A stretch of DNA of 60,856 nt, counting the filler, from Hausera hauseri (taxonomy: Eukaryota), in the NCBI GenBank assembly GCA_046269625.1. It is 10 parts of 10 records of this genome, joined end to end, with 100 filler letters (N's around TTAATTAATTAA, not from the genome) between each part and the next. Parts side by side here need not be neighbours in the genome. Positions count along the whole stretch, not along the records: positions 8,634 to 17,445 come from JBJURY010529899.1; positions 17,546 to 21,995 come from JBJURY010575672.1; positions 22,096 to 28,026 come from JBJURY010166530.1; 7 more parts are not named here. One strand, 5' to 3'. A model generated the notes under the pieces. The model did not search any database. It was not told the DNA's origin and worked only from the letters and a program-made list of their open reading frames with translations. A program made the position numbers and the translations under genes. Shown here piece after piece: positions 14,624 to 27,040 of this stretch (its first letter is position 1; each line of letters opens with the position of its first letter).

Positions 14624-14975
14624 GATTATTAATATTACTATAACCTACCTGTATTTATAGTTTTTGAATTATTCAACTGACCAATACGGCTAAGCATGTC
14701 ACGAACCTTATTTACAGAAAGAAAAAAGAAACAGAGAAATACATTTATTTATTTGCATAAAATATAGTCAATACAAAGCCGTAGACATTTTATGTATGCA
14801 AAATGCAGTCCATGATAACGATACGAACATCTAATATTATCAGGTACCATCGCCAGCGAGTTGCTCGATGTTGAATACGTTGTAATTCGCAACTCGGGAA
14901 AGTGTGAATGTAGTTGTGAAAACTTTTGTCCGTCAATTTGATCTTTAATATAAAATATTGTATTTTCAATGTCCA

Positions 14976-17403
14976 AACGATTGAGGACTATAGAAGGCTC
15001 ATCCGCGAAGCCGAAGAAAGCCAGAACAAGAGCGGTTGGACTTTAGCAGCAATAAAGGGGTTACTTGTGCATGTGCACAAGTATTCCCTCATGCGATGCA
15101 GCTCCTACATACCGCTTTGTGAATGGATAGTTAAGAAAAAGGCATGCATCAATTTCCATAATGAGGACAGCATGTGTTTCATGTATTCTATTTTGTCAAA
15201 ACTAGTCCAGGATCAACATAATGATTCGCGAGTTTGGATATATGACAAAGTGCAGTACACATACGACTTCAACTGTATTTCATTCCCGAAGTCGCGAAAT
15301 TTGAAAGTGTCAACGTCTCCAACATCTTCGGATTAGAGGAAGACAAATTTTATCCCCTATGTGTGCAAGGAGGAATTGGAAGATCATAGGGATCTGCTCC
15401 TGCTAGATGATGGAGAAACCAGGCATTTCATCTGGATCAAGAACTTTAAACGCCTTGTAGGAGCCCAATTATTCAGGAAAAAGTCAAGGCTGGAAATCTG
15501 CAAAAGATGTCTATACTCATTTCTGTGGTGATAGCCGCGCAGAAGCTCGAGGATCATAAGATCTATTGCAATACAAACTATTGCATCCGATCAGAATTCC
15601 CCAAGTGGAACCAACTGGAATTCAGAGTTTGAAAAGATGTTGAAGGTGCCCATTGTCATATATTGTGACTTTGAGGCCATCCTCATCCCAGTTCATAGCT
15701 GCACTCCGAATCCGCAGCAAAGCAGCATGACAGCTTACCAATATCATGAATGTCATCATAATGCATGTATGCATTAGAAATGGACAAGGAGCCATTCCTA
15801 TACCGAAGTTCTGATGCAGCGCATTCATTTCATGAAGCGCTTGGAGGAAGTTGCACATAAGATCGAAAATATGCAGCAGCATTGTAAGAATACTATGAAA
15901 ATGCTGCAAAAGAAGAAATGTGAATGGCAAAATGCAACAGTGTTACTTGTGTAAAAAAGCCTTCACATTAGACAATCACAAATTCCGAGATCATTGCCAT
16001 ACAACAGACATGTATCGAGGCGCATGGTGCAATGATTGCAATTTACGCTGTAAAACATGCACATTTCCCCATGGTATTCCACAACCTCAGCGGCTATGAT
16101 TCCCATTTCATAGTTCGGGAATTGGGGGATATTAAAGAAAACATCGATGTGATCCCAAACAGTGAGGAGAAATATATCACATTCACGAAGCATGTGGGGA
16201 GAATCCGGCTCCGCTTCATAGACAGCTTCCGCTTCATGAGCTCATCCCTTGACAGCCTGGTCAAGAATTTTCGAGCTGATGAGCTCAAGGAAACAAAGCG
16301 GTTCTTGCCGGCAACATTTCACTTAGTCAAAAGGAAAGGAGTATTCTCCTATGACTACATAACGTCATGGAGATTTTTTGACGAAACGGAATTGTCTGCT
16401 AAGAAGGATTTTTACAGTAGGTTTTCATATACGGACATCAGCGATGCGGACTATGAGCATGCTCAAAATATCTGGAAAGCACTCAAATGTAGGACAATAA
16501 GGGAATATAGTGATATCTATCTCCTCATAGATATGCTGATATTGACGGATGTATTTGAAAGCTCCCGGGAAGTCACAATTAAGAGCCACAAATTGGATCA
16601 AGCTGATTTTTTCGCAGTTCCGGGAATGAGCTGGGCAGCGATGCTACGCTATACAGGCATACTGCTCCATATCTTAAAGGACTATGATATGATCCTAATG
16701 ATCGAGAGAGGCATTCGAAGCGGAATCTGCCAGGCCATTCACAGGTAGTGAGGCAAACAATAAATACATAGCAGAATATGATACATCCAGGTTATCATCA
16801 TATATAACATACCTGAATGCAAATAACTTATATAGATGGGCAATGAGTGCCACTTTGATGATCGGGAAGGGTATGTAGCCCACTATATAAATCTCCATCA
16901 GGCTATGAGGAATGGTGTCAAAGTCACAAGGATTCATCCTGCACTATCATTTAACCACTTTATGTGGTTGCAGCCTTACATAGACTTAGCTAAGTTGGCA
17001 CAGCACATGGATACGTCTGACTATCCGAAGGATCATCCCAACTATTCAATTACCAACAAAATGGTCCTTGGGAAATTCAAAGATGAGGTGAATGGGCAAT
17101 CATCTCGAGATTTGTGGCTCTTATGTCCAAAATATAGGCCATTGATATATGTGGTCAAGTCAAGAAGCGGGCTAAAATGGTTCAAAAGGCTACCTTAGCT
17201 AAGACAATTGGCTTCAATGACTATGTTACAGTTCTGCATGAGCAAATCATATCATATCAGAGATGCGAAGGATCCAGTCTAGGGATCATAACAGTGAGAC
17301 AGTAACATTACAGAAGAAAAGCCTAGATTGGATGGATGACAAAAGACAGATCGTGGGTGATGGAATAAGCACACTACCTCACGGGCATGTTGCATTAATG
17401 TAA
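14976..17403 (+). pseudogene. Protein-primed DNA polymerase B, copy 2 (with EndoVII/HNH insert), 5' truncated and deleted
   Basis: SGWTL, SSYIPL..WIVKKKACINFHNEDSMCF, VIYCDFEAIL, RDHCH, VFHNLSGYDSHFIV, LRFIDSFRFM, RKGVFSYDY, ANNLY, DTSDYP, LGKFKDE, DDKR...TLPHGH. Confidence 0.93.
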
Positions 17404-17582
17404 ATATCTTTGATTTAACGTGTTGTATTTTGTGTATTAATAAATNNNNNNNNNNNNNNNNNNNNNNNNNNNNNNNNNNNNNNNNNNNNTTAATTAATTA
17501 ANNNNNNNNNNNNNNNNNNNNNNNNNNNNNNNNNNNNNNNNNNNNTTCGGATTGCGTTAACAACAATCCAGAGAAACCATCG

Positions 17583-19047
17583 TTATCTTGGATTGTCAGT
17601 ATCCAAGATGTTTGCTATGCGTCGCATATCTATCCTTACCCAATTAGTTCTGCGACGCTTTTGTAAGTAGGGAACTAATTTTATGGTAAGTGCTATACTT
17701 ATGGCTATTATTACGGGAGTTATGGTACATATTAGTATTATTTCTAACCGTGAATGTGAATACGTCGTACGTGGGGGTCTTAAGGTTGTGATTACCGTAA
17801 TAATGACCTTTCTTTGGTATGATTTTATTTTCACTTCATTTTTAGTCACGGCCGTTAAGACCTTTGTGGATATTACCTTGTTATTGTCATTATAAAGTTG
17901 CAATACTATTGTATATTTAGTATTTGGGGTCAATGTTGCGCAAGTCACAATTAAATCATCCGGTTTTATAATTCCTCTAGCAACGACTGCGTCTCGTATT
18001 TTACATGTAAACTTTACTTTAAAAAGTCAAGGTCTGGCTTTACAGATATTATCAGGGAAGTTGAGGCCATGATAATTGTAACATTTTCTCATATGGAATG
18101 TTTTTGTCGGTAATATGATGCATATAGCTTAATTAGAACAGTCATCTCCCTTTCATTACTTTGTTAATCAACGAGGAGTGCACAGATGATGCCGTAACAT
18201 TCTTTGGTTATTCATCATATTCGACTTTATTTAGATATTGCACGTACATGGTCGGTCCTTTTCTTTTTATGCTACTCAAAAATTTTCCATATTCTTTCCG
18301 AGATAGCTTATAGTCGACAATTTATATCTTGCCTCTATCTATGTTGCAGTAGACTTGCTGTTGCGCCTCAGTTATATGGCATTTCCTTGAGATACCTTGT
18401 CGATTTTGCGTTTCTTTAATGGGTATTGTTAACCAGCGGATATATTCTAATTCTATTTTACTTACTATTTTGATGTAACTTCTTCCGCTTTTAAATCCAA
18501 TTGATTTTGCCACCAATTGGGTAACTATTATTTTATCCAATAATGTTTCGTTCATCTGATGTCTTGAAGGAATCAAAATATACCTACTGGTTTTGCTGTA
18601 TTGACTTTGATAATAGTCGCCATTTTTCTTTATAAGGGTGAGATATACTTGGTGGGGACCCGATTCTTCTACTAGACAATGTGTTTCGTTTATCCCTGGA
18701 CGAAGTAGACAATCGTAGTTACGTTCATAAGGGTTTCTTTTATCATGCCATGTTATTTCTTGTATTCCTATCTTATATTCGATTGGTATTCGTCTAGTAG
18801 TATACCAGATTACACTTTTCTTTCCATTATTGGAGTATGTTATTTGGTATCGCAAACTTTTTAGTAATAAATTTTCATTTATTCCTGTTGCATGTCGTAT
18901 TTTAGCACGTTCGATTTCTTGGTTCCTCATTTGGCTCAGGGCTTTTGGTATTAATATAAGAAGTACTAATATGAGATTATTTCTTAAACTAACAACTCCA
19001 CGTATTGGCTTCTTCTTTACCACCTTTTCTCTAATATTTCTTACCAT
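17583..19047 (-). pseudogene. Env-position ORF of a Gypsy element: signal peptide, FN3-like ectodomain, TM helix and short tail (disrupted)
   Basis: N-terminal LILVLLILIPKALSQ; beta-rich Cys-containing segments; FN3 signature CATLTPNTKYTIVLQLYN; Thr/Pro stalk; TM IILICTITPVIIAISIALTI followed by KRRR. Confidence 0.6.
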
Positions 19048-19068
19048 TTCTTGTTCATCTCCACGCAG

Positions 19069-21879
19069 CTAACTTTCTTTAGCTGCTGGCTTACATCTGT
19101 TAAAGTGAACTTTAAAAATTACATTATTCTTTCTTAGACAGACATTGGGTAAGTCCACTTTTTCCACTTCATATAGTTTTTTGTATGGTCTATCTAACTT
19201 GGATGTTTTACCTTTCTTACTTAACGGCATGTACAACATCATCTTATCTCCCACTTTAATCATTGGTTGCCTAGTCTTTTTATCATAATACTTTATACCC
19301 TAATTTGAGACGTTCCTGCATTAATTTTTTGTATTCTTCTATTTCCATTAACTGTGATATGGGCCGCACATTAAAATCCAAATCAGTTGATAGTCTGCCA
19401 TCTCTTAAATACATTGTATAAAAAGGTGCTTCTTTAGTAGCTTCATGTACAGACGTTCGATTCACAAAGACACACGCATTAATGCACTCATTTCAGTCGT
19501 ATTGTCTTACATTAACTACCGTTTGTAGCTTTTCTTTCAGATCTCCTATGTATCTTTCAACCATTCCATTGTTCTCTGGTTGTCCCGGAGTGGACCGCAG
19601 CTTCAATATCTTCATAATATCGTATATTGCTTGCATTACATTACCGGTTAAGTTAGATGCTTTGTCTGTTAACAGAATTCGAGGAGCTCTATAATAAAAT
19701 ATAATGTTTTCTACGAATTTTTCGGCTATCGTTTCAGCTTTCATATTTGGCATGGGCAGTGTGACGACCCATCGGGTGAAATAATAAACACCAGGATATA
19801 TTTATTCCCGTTTCCTGTTAATGGTAAGGGTCCTGTTATATCCATTGCAGTAATTCAAGTGGGGCAGGTGGGTTGTTTCATACTTTCAGGGGAGCTTTAA
19901 ATTTGGATCCTGTATGCTTTCGCGTGGCACAGAGTTTGCAACTGCTACAACAATCTTGGACATCCCTTACTATAGTAGACCAGAAATATTTCCTTTTCAA
20001 TTTGTTTATCGTTTTCTTCACTGATTGATATCCGCCCAGCAATCCATCATGGTATTGTGTCAGTAGTACTGCTCTATTCTTTGGAATCACTAGTGCGGGT
20101 CCATTTTGGTGAATATAATATAAAAATTCATCTTCTTATTTGTAAGCATCGCTAAATCTGGTTAAATGGCGAGCCAATTCTCTATCCTTTGGTATAATCT
20201 TATGTTGTATATAATCTCTAATGGCTTTTATTTCCTCATCTTCTCATTGATTCTCTTTTATCTTTTCTATAGATCCGCCCATGCTGCATACGGCTGCGAT
20301 TACCTCTTTCTTTTCCGTTGGTTTCTGTAGAATTATTGATAAGTAATCCGCATTCGATTGCGTGTACCAGGTTTGTACTGAAAATCCAATGTATAAGGTT
20401 GTAGTTTTAAAGCCCATTGTAGTAATCTACTGTTGGGGTTTTCGTGTTTCTTCAGCCATTGCAATGGTCGATGGTCTGTATAAAATATTAACGGTTTATT
20501 CTCACTAATATATGGTGAGAATACTTCTAGTGCGAATATTACCGCTAGCAACTTCTTCTCAATAACGGCGTACTTTTGATGTTTGTTCAATTTTCTCGAC
20601 ACGTAGGTAACTGTATGTTCTTTACCATCTTCACCCTTTTGTGATAACACCGCTCCTACTCCATAATCACTTGCATCCATTGCTAGTTTGAACGGTGTGG
20701 TCATATCGGGGTAAATTAGAATAGGGGCGCTCATTAATCTTTCTTTCATATCCTCGAACGACTTCTGGCAGTCACTTGTCCATATTACCTTTTCTAAATC
20801 TTCGCTTAACGTCTCGTATAGGAGTTTGGCTATTTTACTAAAATTCTTTATGAATCTTCGGTAGTAATTTGCGAGCCCTAAATATCGGCGTAACTCATTA
20901 ACGGTCGTGGGTTTTGGAAAATTTTTAATTTTATTTAATAGTCTGTCACGAGATTTTACACCGTACCTATCCACTCGATGTCTTAGTAAGTCAACTTCAG
21001 TTTTAGCAAATGAGTATTTCTTCGGGTTTATTTTTAAATCCATTACTTCACATCTATCAAAGAGGTCTTGTAAGTCCTTCAAATGATTGAAATCCGATGA
21101 TGCTATGATTACGTCATTAATATACACCATAACATTGGGTGCGTCTAAAAGTAGTAATTCTGTCCCTCTTTGAAACGTTGGAGGTCCATTTTTTAATCCA
21201 AATAGCATTCTATTAAACTCCCATAATCCTACGCCTATCGAAAAGGCTGTTTTCGGTTTATCTTTTTCCTTTAGTTGTATTTGCCAGTATCCTTTTTGTA
21301 GGTGAATTGTGGTTGAATATGGTTGAGCCATGCAACTTATCTAATATTTCGTCAATCTTTGGCAACGGATACGTGTCTGTTTCCGTTATTTCATTTAACG
21401 CTGTATAGTCTATGCAGACTCTCATAGCTCTATCTTTCTTTTTCACCATCCTTACTGGAGCCGTCCATGGGGAGCAGCTAGGGCGTATAATTTTGTTTTC
21501 CCTCATTTCATTTATAATTTTACGAGGTTCTTCCTTTTAGTCGTATGCCAATCTGTATGGTCGCTTCTTTATAGGTTTGCTTTGGCCCTACTTTAACTTG
21601 ATCACATGTTGTATTACGTTCATCTTTTCTAAATCACAATCATTTTGAGCGAATCGATTATTGTTTTTCTCTAACAACTAGATGAACATTTTTCTTCTTT
21701 CATTAGATATATTACAATTTCGTAATTTCTCTTCCTAATTAATGCGAGTAGTTTTCTTCTTTTTATTTTTATTTAGTTTTCCTTTCAATTTCTCCGTCAT
21801 TAGTTTCTCGATCTCATCTACTTCTGAGATTACCGAATTAATCGTTTCTTTTGGTACTTCTTCGGCATCTATTGCTTGC
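19069..21879 (-). mobile_element. pol: Ty3/Gypsy pol (RT-RNase H-integrase), decayed
   Basis: IIRPSCSPWTAPV, CIDY..LN, YPLPKID, KGYWQI, FGLKNGPPTFQR, YIND (mutated YxDD), DASDYGVGAVLSQ, TDHRPL, integrase zinc-finger region, LTDK..N, PENNGMVER, GPY/F-like region, VHFNRCK. Confidence 0.95.
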
Positions 21880-21995
21880 AGTAGTAGGATGTGAGTACTT
21901 CGAGCCACTACCCCCCCCGGAAGGAAAGAAGCCAATGGGAAGAGGACACGTCATCGGGTGAAGGAAAACTGGCGAATGGGAAGAGGACACGTCAT
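21880..21995 (+). mobile_element. Polinton-type terminus inserted into the Gypsy pol
   Basis: Starts AGTAGTAGGATG, followed by CCCCCCCCGG, GCCAAT and two ACACGTCAT. It is the reverse-complement homolog of 28522-28639 and cuts the pol reading frame. Confidence 0.75.
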
Positions 21996-22095
21996 NNNNN
22001 NNNNNNNNNNNNNNNNNNNNNNNNNNNNNNNNNNNNNNNTTAATTAATTAANNNNNNNNNNNNNNNNNNNNNNNNNNNNNNNNNNNNNNNNNNNN

Positions 22096-23095
22096 GTCGC
22101 CAAATGCGTTTGAACTGCTCCAGAATTTAAATTTTATTTCCTCGTAGAAAGAAAGGGAACCTGAACGAAATATTTTTGATAACCTCTATCTACGCGATCT
22201 CAAATGTGTGATCTGCTATGTAGACGTAGCACAAATTATTCTTTTGCCATGCGGTAATTTAAAAACGTGTGAGAAATGTTCAAATCAAACAGTGAATTGC
22301 CCAGTTTGCAGAAGTCATATAGAAAGAAGAATAACACTTTCAGTTCCCACAAGTGAGTAATGAAAACAAATCTATTGGAAATGAACATTGAATAACAATT
22401 AGTATATGTCTGGTTTGAATAAATAAATGTTTATTAGTTGTGTATATGAATTTATAGTAACAAAATTGAATAAATTTTTTATAGAATTACTGGACAGTAG
22501 CAGTATGACTTCGACCAATCTTAACAATTGGACAACGCAATTACTAACAATAAGGTATCAACCACCCAAAATAGTTCACGAATGGTACAGACTATATAAC
22601 AACCCTATAGTTATTAAGGTAATGGAATTAGAATACTCCAAATACTTGACAATGCTTGCTATGAAAATAAATGAAAAGACCGAATTTGACGTATTACCGT
22701 CAGTGATTAACAACATATATCAAATGCAATTGATGGATAACCGACATTACCAGAGAGTCCAACACTTAACTTTAATATCAAAAGAAAAAGAGTAGGAAGT
22801 GGAAAAAAGATGTACAGATATTAGCCGTACAAATTGGACTTGTTTAGTTTGTAGAAAAAATCAATTTAATACGATATATTTACCATGTGGGTACATTATT
22901 CATTGTAAAATCTGTGTTCCTAAAGATTCTATGTTATCAAAATGTACTGTGTGTGAGTTACTCATAGAAGAAACCTGTACTATATATAATAAAATGGATA
23001 GTAATTTAGTCTTTCTTAATAACAATGGCGCAGGGACATCAGTTAAATACCCTATCCCGAGGACGACTGGCACAAAATCAATTAAGAGCGATTAA
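22096..23095 (+). pseudogene. Two IAP-type RING fingers in one reading frame (in-frame stops)
   Basis: CVICYVDVAQIILLPCGNLKTCEKCSNQTVNCPVCRSHI (from 22205) and CLVCRKNQFNTIYLPCGYIIHCKICVPKDSMLSKCTVCELLI. Segments starting 22199, 22427 and 22799 share a frame. Confidence 0.8.
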
Positions 23096-23198
23096 CGAAG
23101 TCGATTCGAACAAAGGAAATATTAGTTCTGCTAATAATTCAGATGCTTTAAGTACAGAATGAGCTCCAGAATCATTACTTGACATCGATTCACTACAA

Positions 23199-25621
23199 TT
23201 GTTTCCCGTTCCAGTACAACATCAGTGTATACGAGGAGTTAATGGGCGACGAAGGCCACCCCGAGGGCAATATCGCAATGCACCTAATTCACGACAATTA
23301 ACACAGAGAATAGTTAACCAGGAATTAAAATTCCGAACACGTTACAAAGTACATCAAGTAAACTTAAACGAATTAAGAATAAGACAAAATCAGACGGACA
23401 ATAGTACTCGACAGTAATAAAGGAAATACAGGATATACCTTGACAAAGAGGAGACGATACAACGGAGACAAGTGTCATGAATAATTATATAAGACTAGAT
23501 ACAGTCGAAGAAAGAACTACACGAATAGATCAAAAAGTGAATGATAGTAATATAAACTTAAACGAATTTGAGGAGAAAAATACTCAACTAGAACAAAACA
23601 TAAATGCCAATTCCAGACAAATATATAATTTACGACAACAGACCATTGACCATATAACAGCAATATATAGAAATAAGAAACAAATTGATAATAATGAGAG
23701 GCAAATAAATGAAAGGTTAAATGAAATACAAAATCATGTAACAATTATGGTATGCGAACAGGAACAAATACAAATAGAAAACAGTCACACCAGAAGCCAA
23801 ACATACACCTTAGCCCAAGGTATAAATCAATTAAATGAACGTCTTGAACAAGTAAGGGCAGAAGAAAGGTGACTCAACGGCAAGAAGCAGTACAATAACC
23901 AGAGTTTTCAACAGAACTAAGTTCTATATCTTGTAAAATCTCTAACACCGACAGCAACAACATGGAGCCGCCAAGAAATAACCGAGATTCATTGGCGCAC
24001 CAAGATGAGCGCAATTGTGCTCAAAATAATAACACCGGTTATGGCCTATTAAACTTTAACGAAAGGAAAAGAGAAAAAAAATACCAAATGCTTCCTCGCC
24101 TCCAACCATATGAAGGGCGAGTATCAGACCAGGAAGACTTTTAGATAAATACGATTCACTAGCAACAGCTATGTATTGGGATGACGCAAAGAAAATACCT
24201 CTTTTACTAGTACGTGTAAACAATTATCTGAGAATGGCAATAACGCGCCTACCTAGACGAATAGGTGAAACTTTGGCACAATACCGAAAAAAGATTTTAC
24301 AAAATCAGCAGGTTAACATACAGGAAAACCGATATTTAAAATTCCAGAATTGTAAACAAAAACCAAGTGAAGAAGTATTGACATATATTAATATATTTAA
24401 AACAGCAATGAATAGATACTTTGGCCTGAATGCACAGGCTTTTAGTGCCATGATCATAAAACATTTTTTACTTGGACTTTTACCACCTTTACGAGACGAA
24501 TTCAAGTTCCACAAAGAAAACAATATTAACGAGTTGATAGATTATACCCGACGAATGGCAACCCGAATTAATGAAACACCCGTGTGGACTAATCAAACAC
24601 AAATTGCAGCAGTGGCTACGACACCATTATTGGTAAGGCCAAATGTACCAAATCGCAGTAACTCACCATGGAGAGACTCTTCGAGAGACCAAAGCCCTAA
24701 TCGACAAGGCAATAATACATCACAACGAAGCAACACTCCAGACAGAGGAAGTTATAACCAATCAGCTAGAAACTACAATAGTAACCAAAGGGATACGCCA
24801 TATCAAAGAAGTAGAGGATATTATGATAATTGACAACGAAATAATCCAAGATACGGTAGATCACGAGATTACTCAAGAGACAGAAATGATAATAGAAATC
24901 GACTTCCCAGTAGAAAAAGGTACACTAACGATCGAAACTCCAATCGCTATGATAATAGGAATAATCAAGTAAGTTCACATCATAAACACGATATCCAACT
25001 AATCGATTGCAAGGATCAGGATCTAACTACTCCAATGATAGGCGAAGCGAAAATCGCGAGAGGTTTAGAAGAGATGACAGTCAAGAACGATATGGTAATC
25101 TAAAAAGAAATAATAGTAGAGAAAGAGATAATAGACTTAGCCATAGCACAGATAGATATAATTCTGGAACTGACAATAGAAATAGATACAATTATACAAG
25201 ATCTGGAAACTATGACAGAAGAAGTGACTATACTCCACCTAGACGAGAATCGGATAGATACAAGAGGAATCCTAGTCCATATCCTCAAAGAGACCGAAAT
25301 CAGACCCCCTTTTCCAGAACAAATAATAATGATGATAGATATACACGACCGCCGGAATATAGTTTCAGACAAAATGACTCACCGATAAACAGAAACACTT
25401 CCCCATCCAAACATAATAGAAGTACGATATTAGATTATTCTAAATATTTCAATGAAAGAAAATTGGACTCAACAATACCATTTTATAGTAGTTCCACAAA
25501 GGAGAAAGGAAACTCTTCAGATAATAGAAAAGGCAAGAGCGACGAAAGGAGCGCCTCACTCCGTCGTTCAGTAACTTTCAATGGCAAATCCAATAGTAGA
25601 ACATTATCAAACCATACCTAA
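23199..25621 (+). mobile_element. gag: Gypsy-type gag: coiled coil, capsid domain and long R/S/N/D-rich tail (frameshifted)
   Basis: Heptad-rich 23477-23872; PRLQPYEGR..DQEDF/LDKYDSLATAMYWDDAKK; MHR-like KQKPSEEVLTYINIF; FLLGLLPPLR; long RS/RD low-complexity tail. Confidence 0.8.
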
Positions 25622-25769
25622 GCCATAAGTTAACATATCCATTGTAGAAAAACCCTTCATAACAAGAAATTACTTGGATAAAGCAGAGCGAAAGGTACCA
25701 GACATCTAAAACAATACACTCCCATATATGTTATGGCCAGAAACTAAAGAAATCCAAAACTTACTTTAA

Positions 25770-27040
25770 ACTTTTGTAGAAGTAGAAAAAACCATTGAGG
25801 ATAAACAGGAATCAGAAATCAATCGAATAAGAATAGAAAACATTGAAGGTGATTTGATAGTCGAATCAGAAAATGTATACTTAGAAAAGGAGAAATGTTA
25901 CGAAAACCGTAGACAACTACTCTGTGGAAAACTTATAGTCGGAATAGATTTGCCATGGTTATTTAAACAAATACAATTAAAGCAAACAGATATCTTCGGT
26001 ACGTTTAATGTAGATCGGAATGATCTACTTACCAAATGATCAATGGAAAAGAGAAGGTACATTATCACAACAATTAAGCAATCTACGACAAGAATACAAA
26101 ATTAAGCTTAATTGTCAGGGATCTCTATATTATATTTTCCCAAGCAGGCCCTTGTTTAAGGATGATAGACATCTCCAACAAGAGATAACATGTAATATTA
26201 CTCTGATCTCAGAAGAAACATTACAGCGTATGGATATAGATATAATTCAAAACTGGGATAAAATATTCGATAACAGGAAATCTAACCGAATAGAGTCTGT
26301 AGATATTGCCGAATAAGGATCAATTTGTATGAAAGGTATCGATAAAATGTATCTAAAAAGACTGATATTCAGATTAAAAGAAACGACCCGCCATGTGCTA
26401 TAATTACTAATCAAAGAGAAGCACGGTTACGAATTGGTAACAAAACAGTAATAGTTTCAAAAGAAACTATGATGTTTCCTAATTAGTCCGATATACCTAA
26501 TACAGTTGCTTAAGGAAACACCAGTGTTAACCGTGGATGAACCCGTAACACAGGATAGAGAAATAATACTTATAGGTAGATGCATAACCAAAGGAGACCA
26601 GAAAGGACATACTCAAATCACTGCCAAAAATCTAGAAGGAAAAACAATTCTTAATATTCATGTATATGCAAACATACCAGACACTACAAAGTACACCGAA
26701 TACAGAAGACGATCCAATCTTCAGCGACAGGAGTCGGTAAGTGAATTCATGAATAAATATTTACCAGGAAAGGTAATCATCGGACGCCAGTTGACAGAGC
26801 TATTAAATGCATTGAGAATAAATCCAGTAAATTTAACCGCCATCTACGATCTGGAACAGACTAACAGAACCTACAAATGTTTGGACCTATACCATGGTCA
26901 TAACTCAGAAATTATGGCACAAAGATATCTAGACGAATACTTAAAGACAGTACGAGTAGAATACAATATACCATGGGTAATAGAAAGCCAGAAAACACTA
27001 CGAATAGTCCTTCCAGTAATACGAAAACTTAATAAAACTG
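25770..27040 (+). pseudogene. Two tandem degenerate DEDDh (REX4/ISG20-like) exonuclease folds
   Basis: Unit 1: FVEVE...INRIRIENIEGDLIV...LLCGKLIVGIDL. Unit 2: TQITAKNLEGKTILNIHV...YLPGKVIIGRQL..LLNALRI...IYDL. Both resemble the REX4 pattern RVSIVN..G....D...LLKGRILVGH.L; catalytic acids are mostly lost. Confidence 0.45.
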
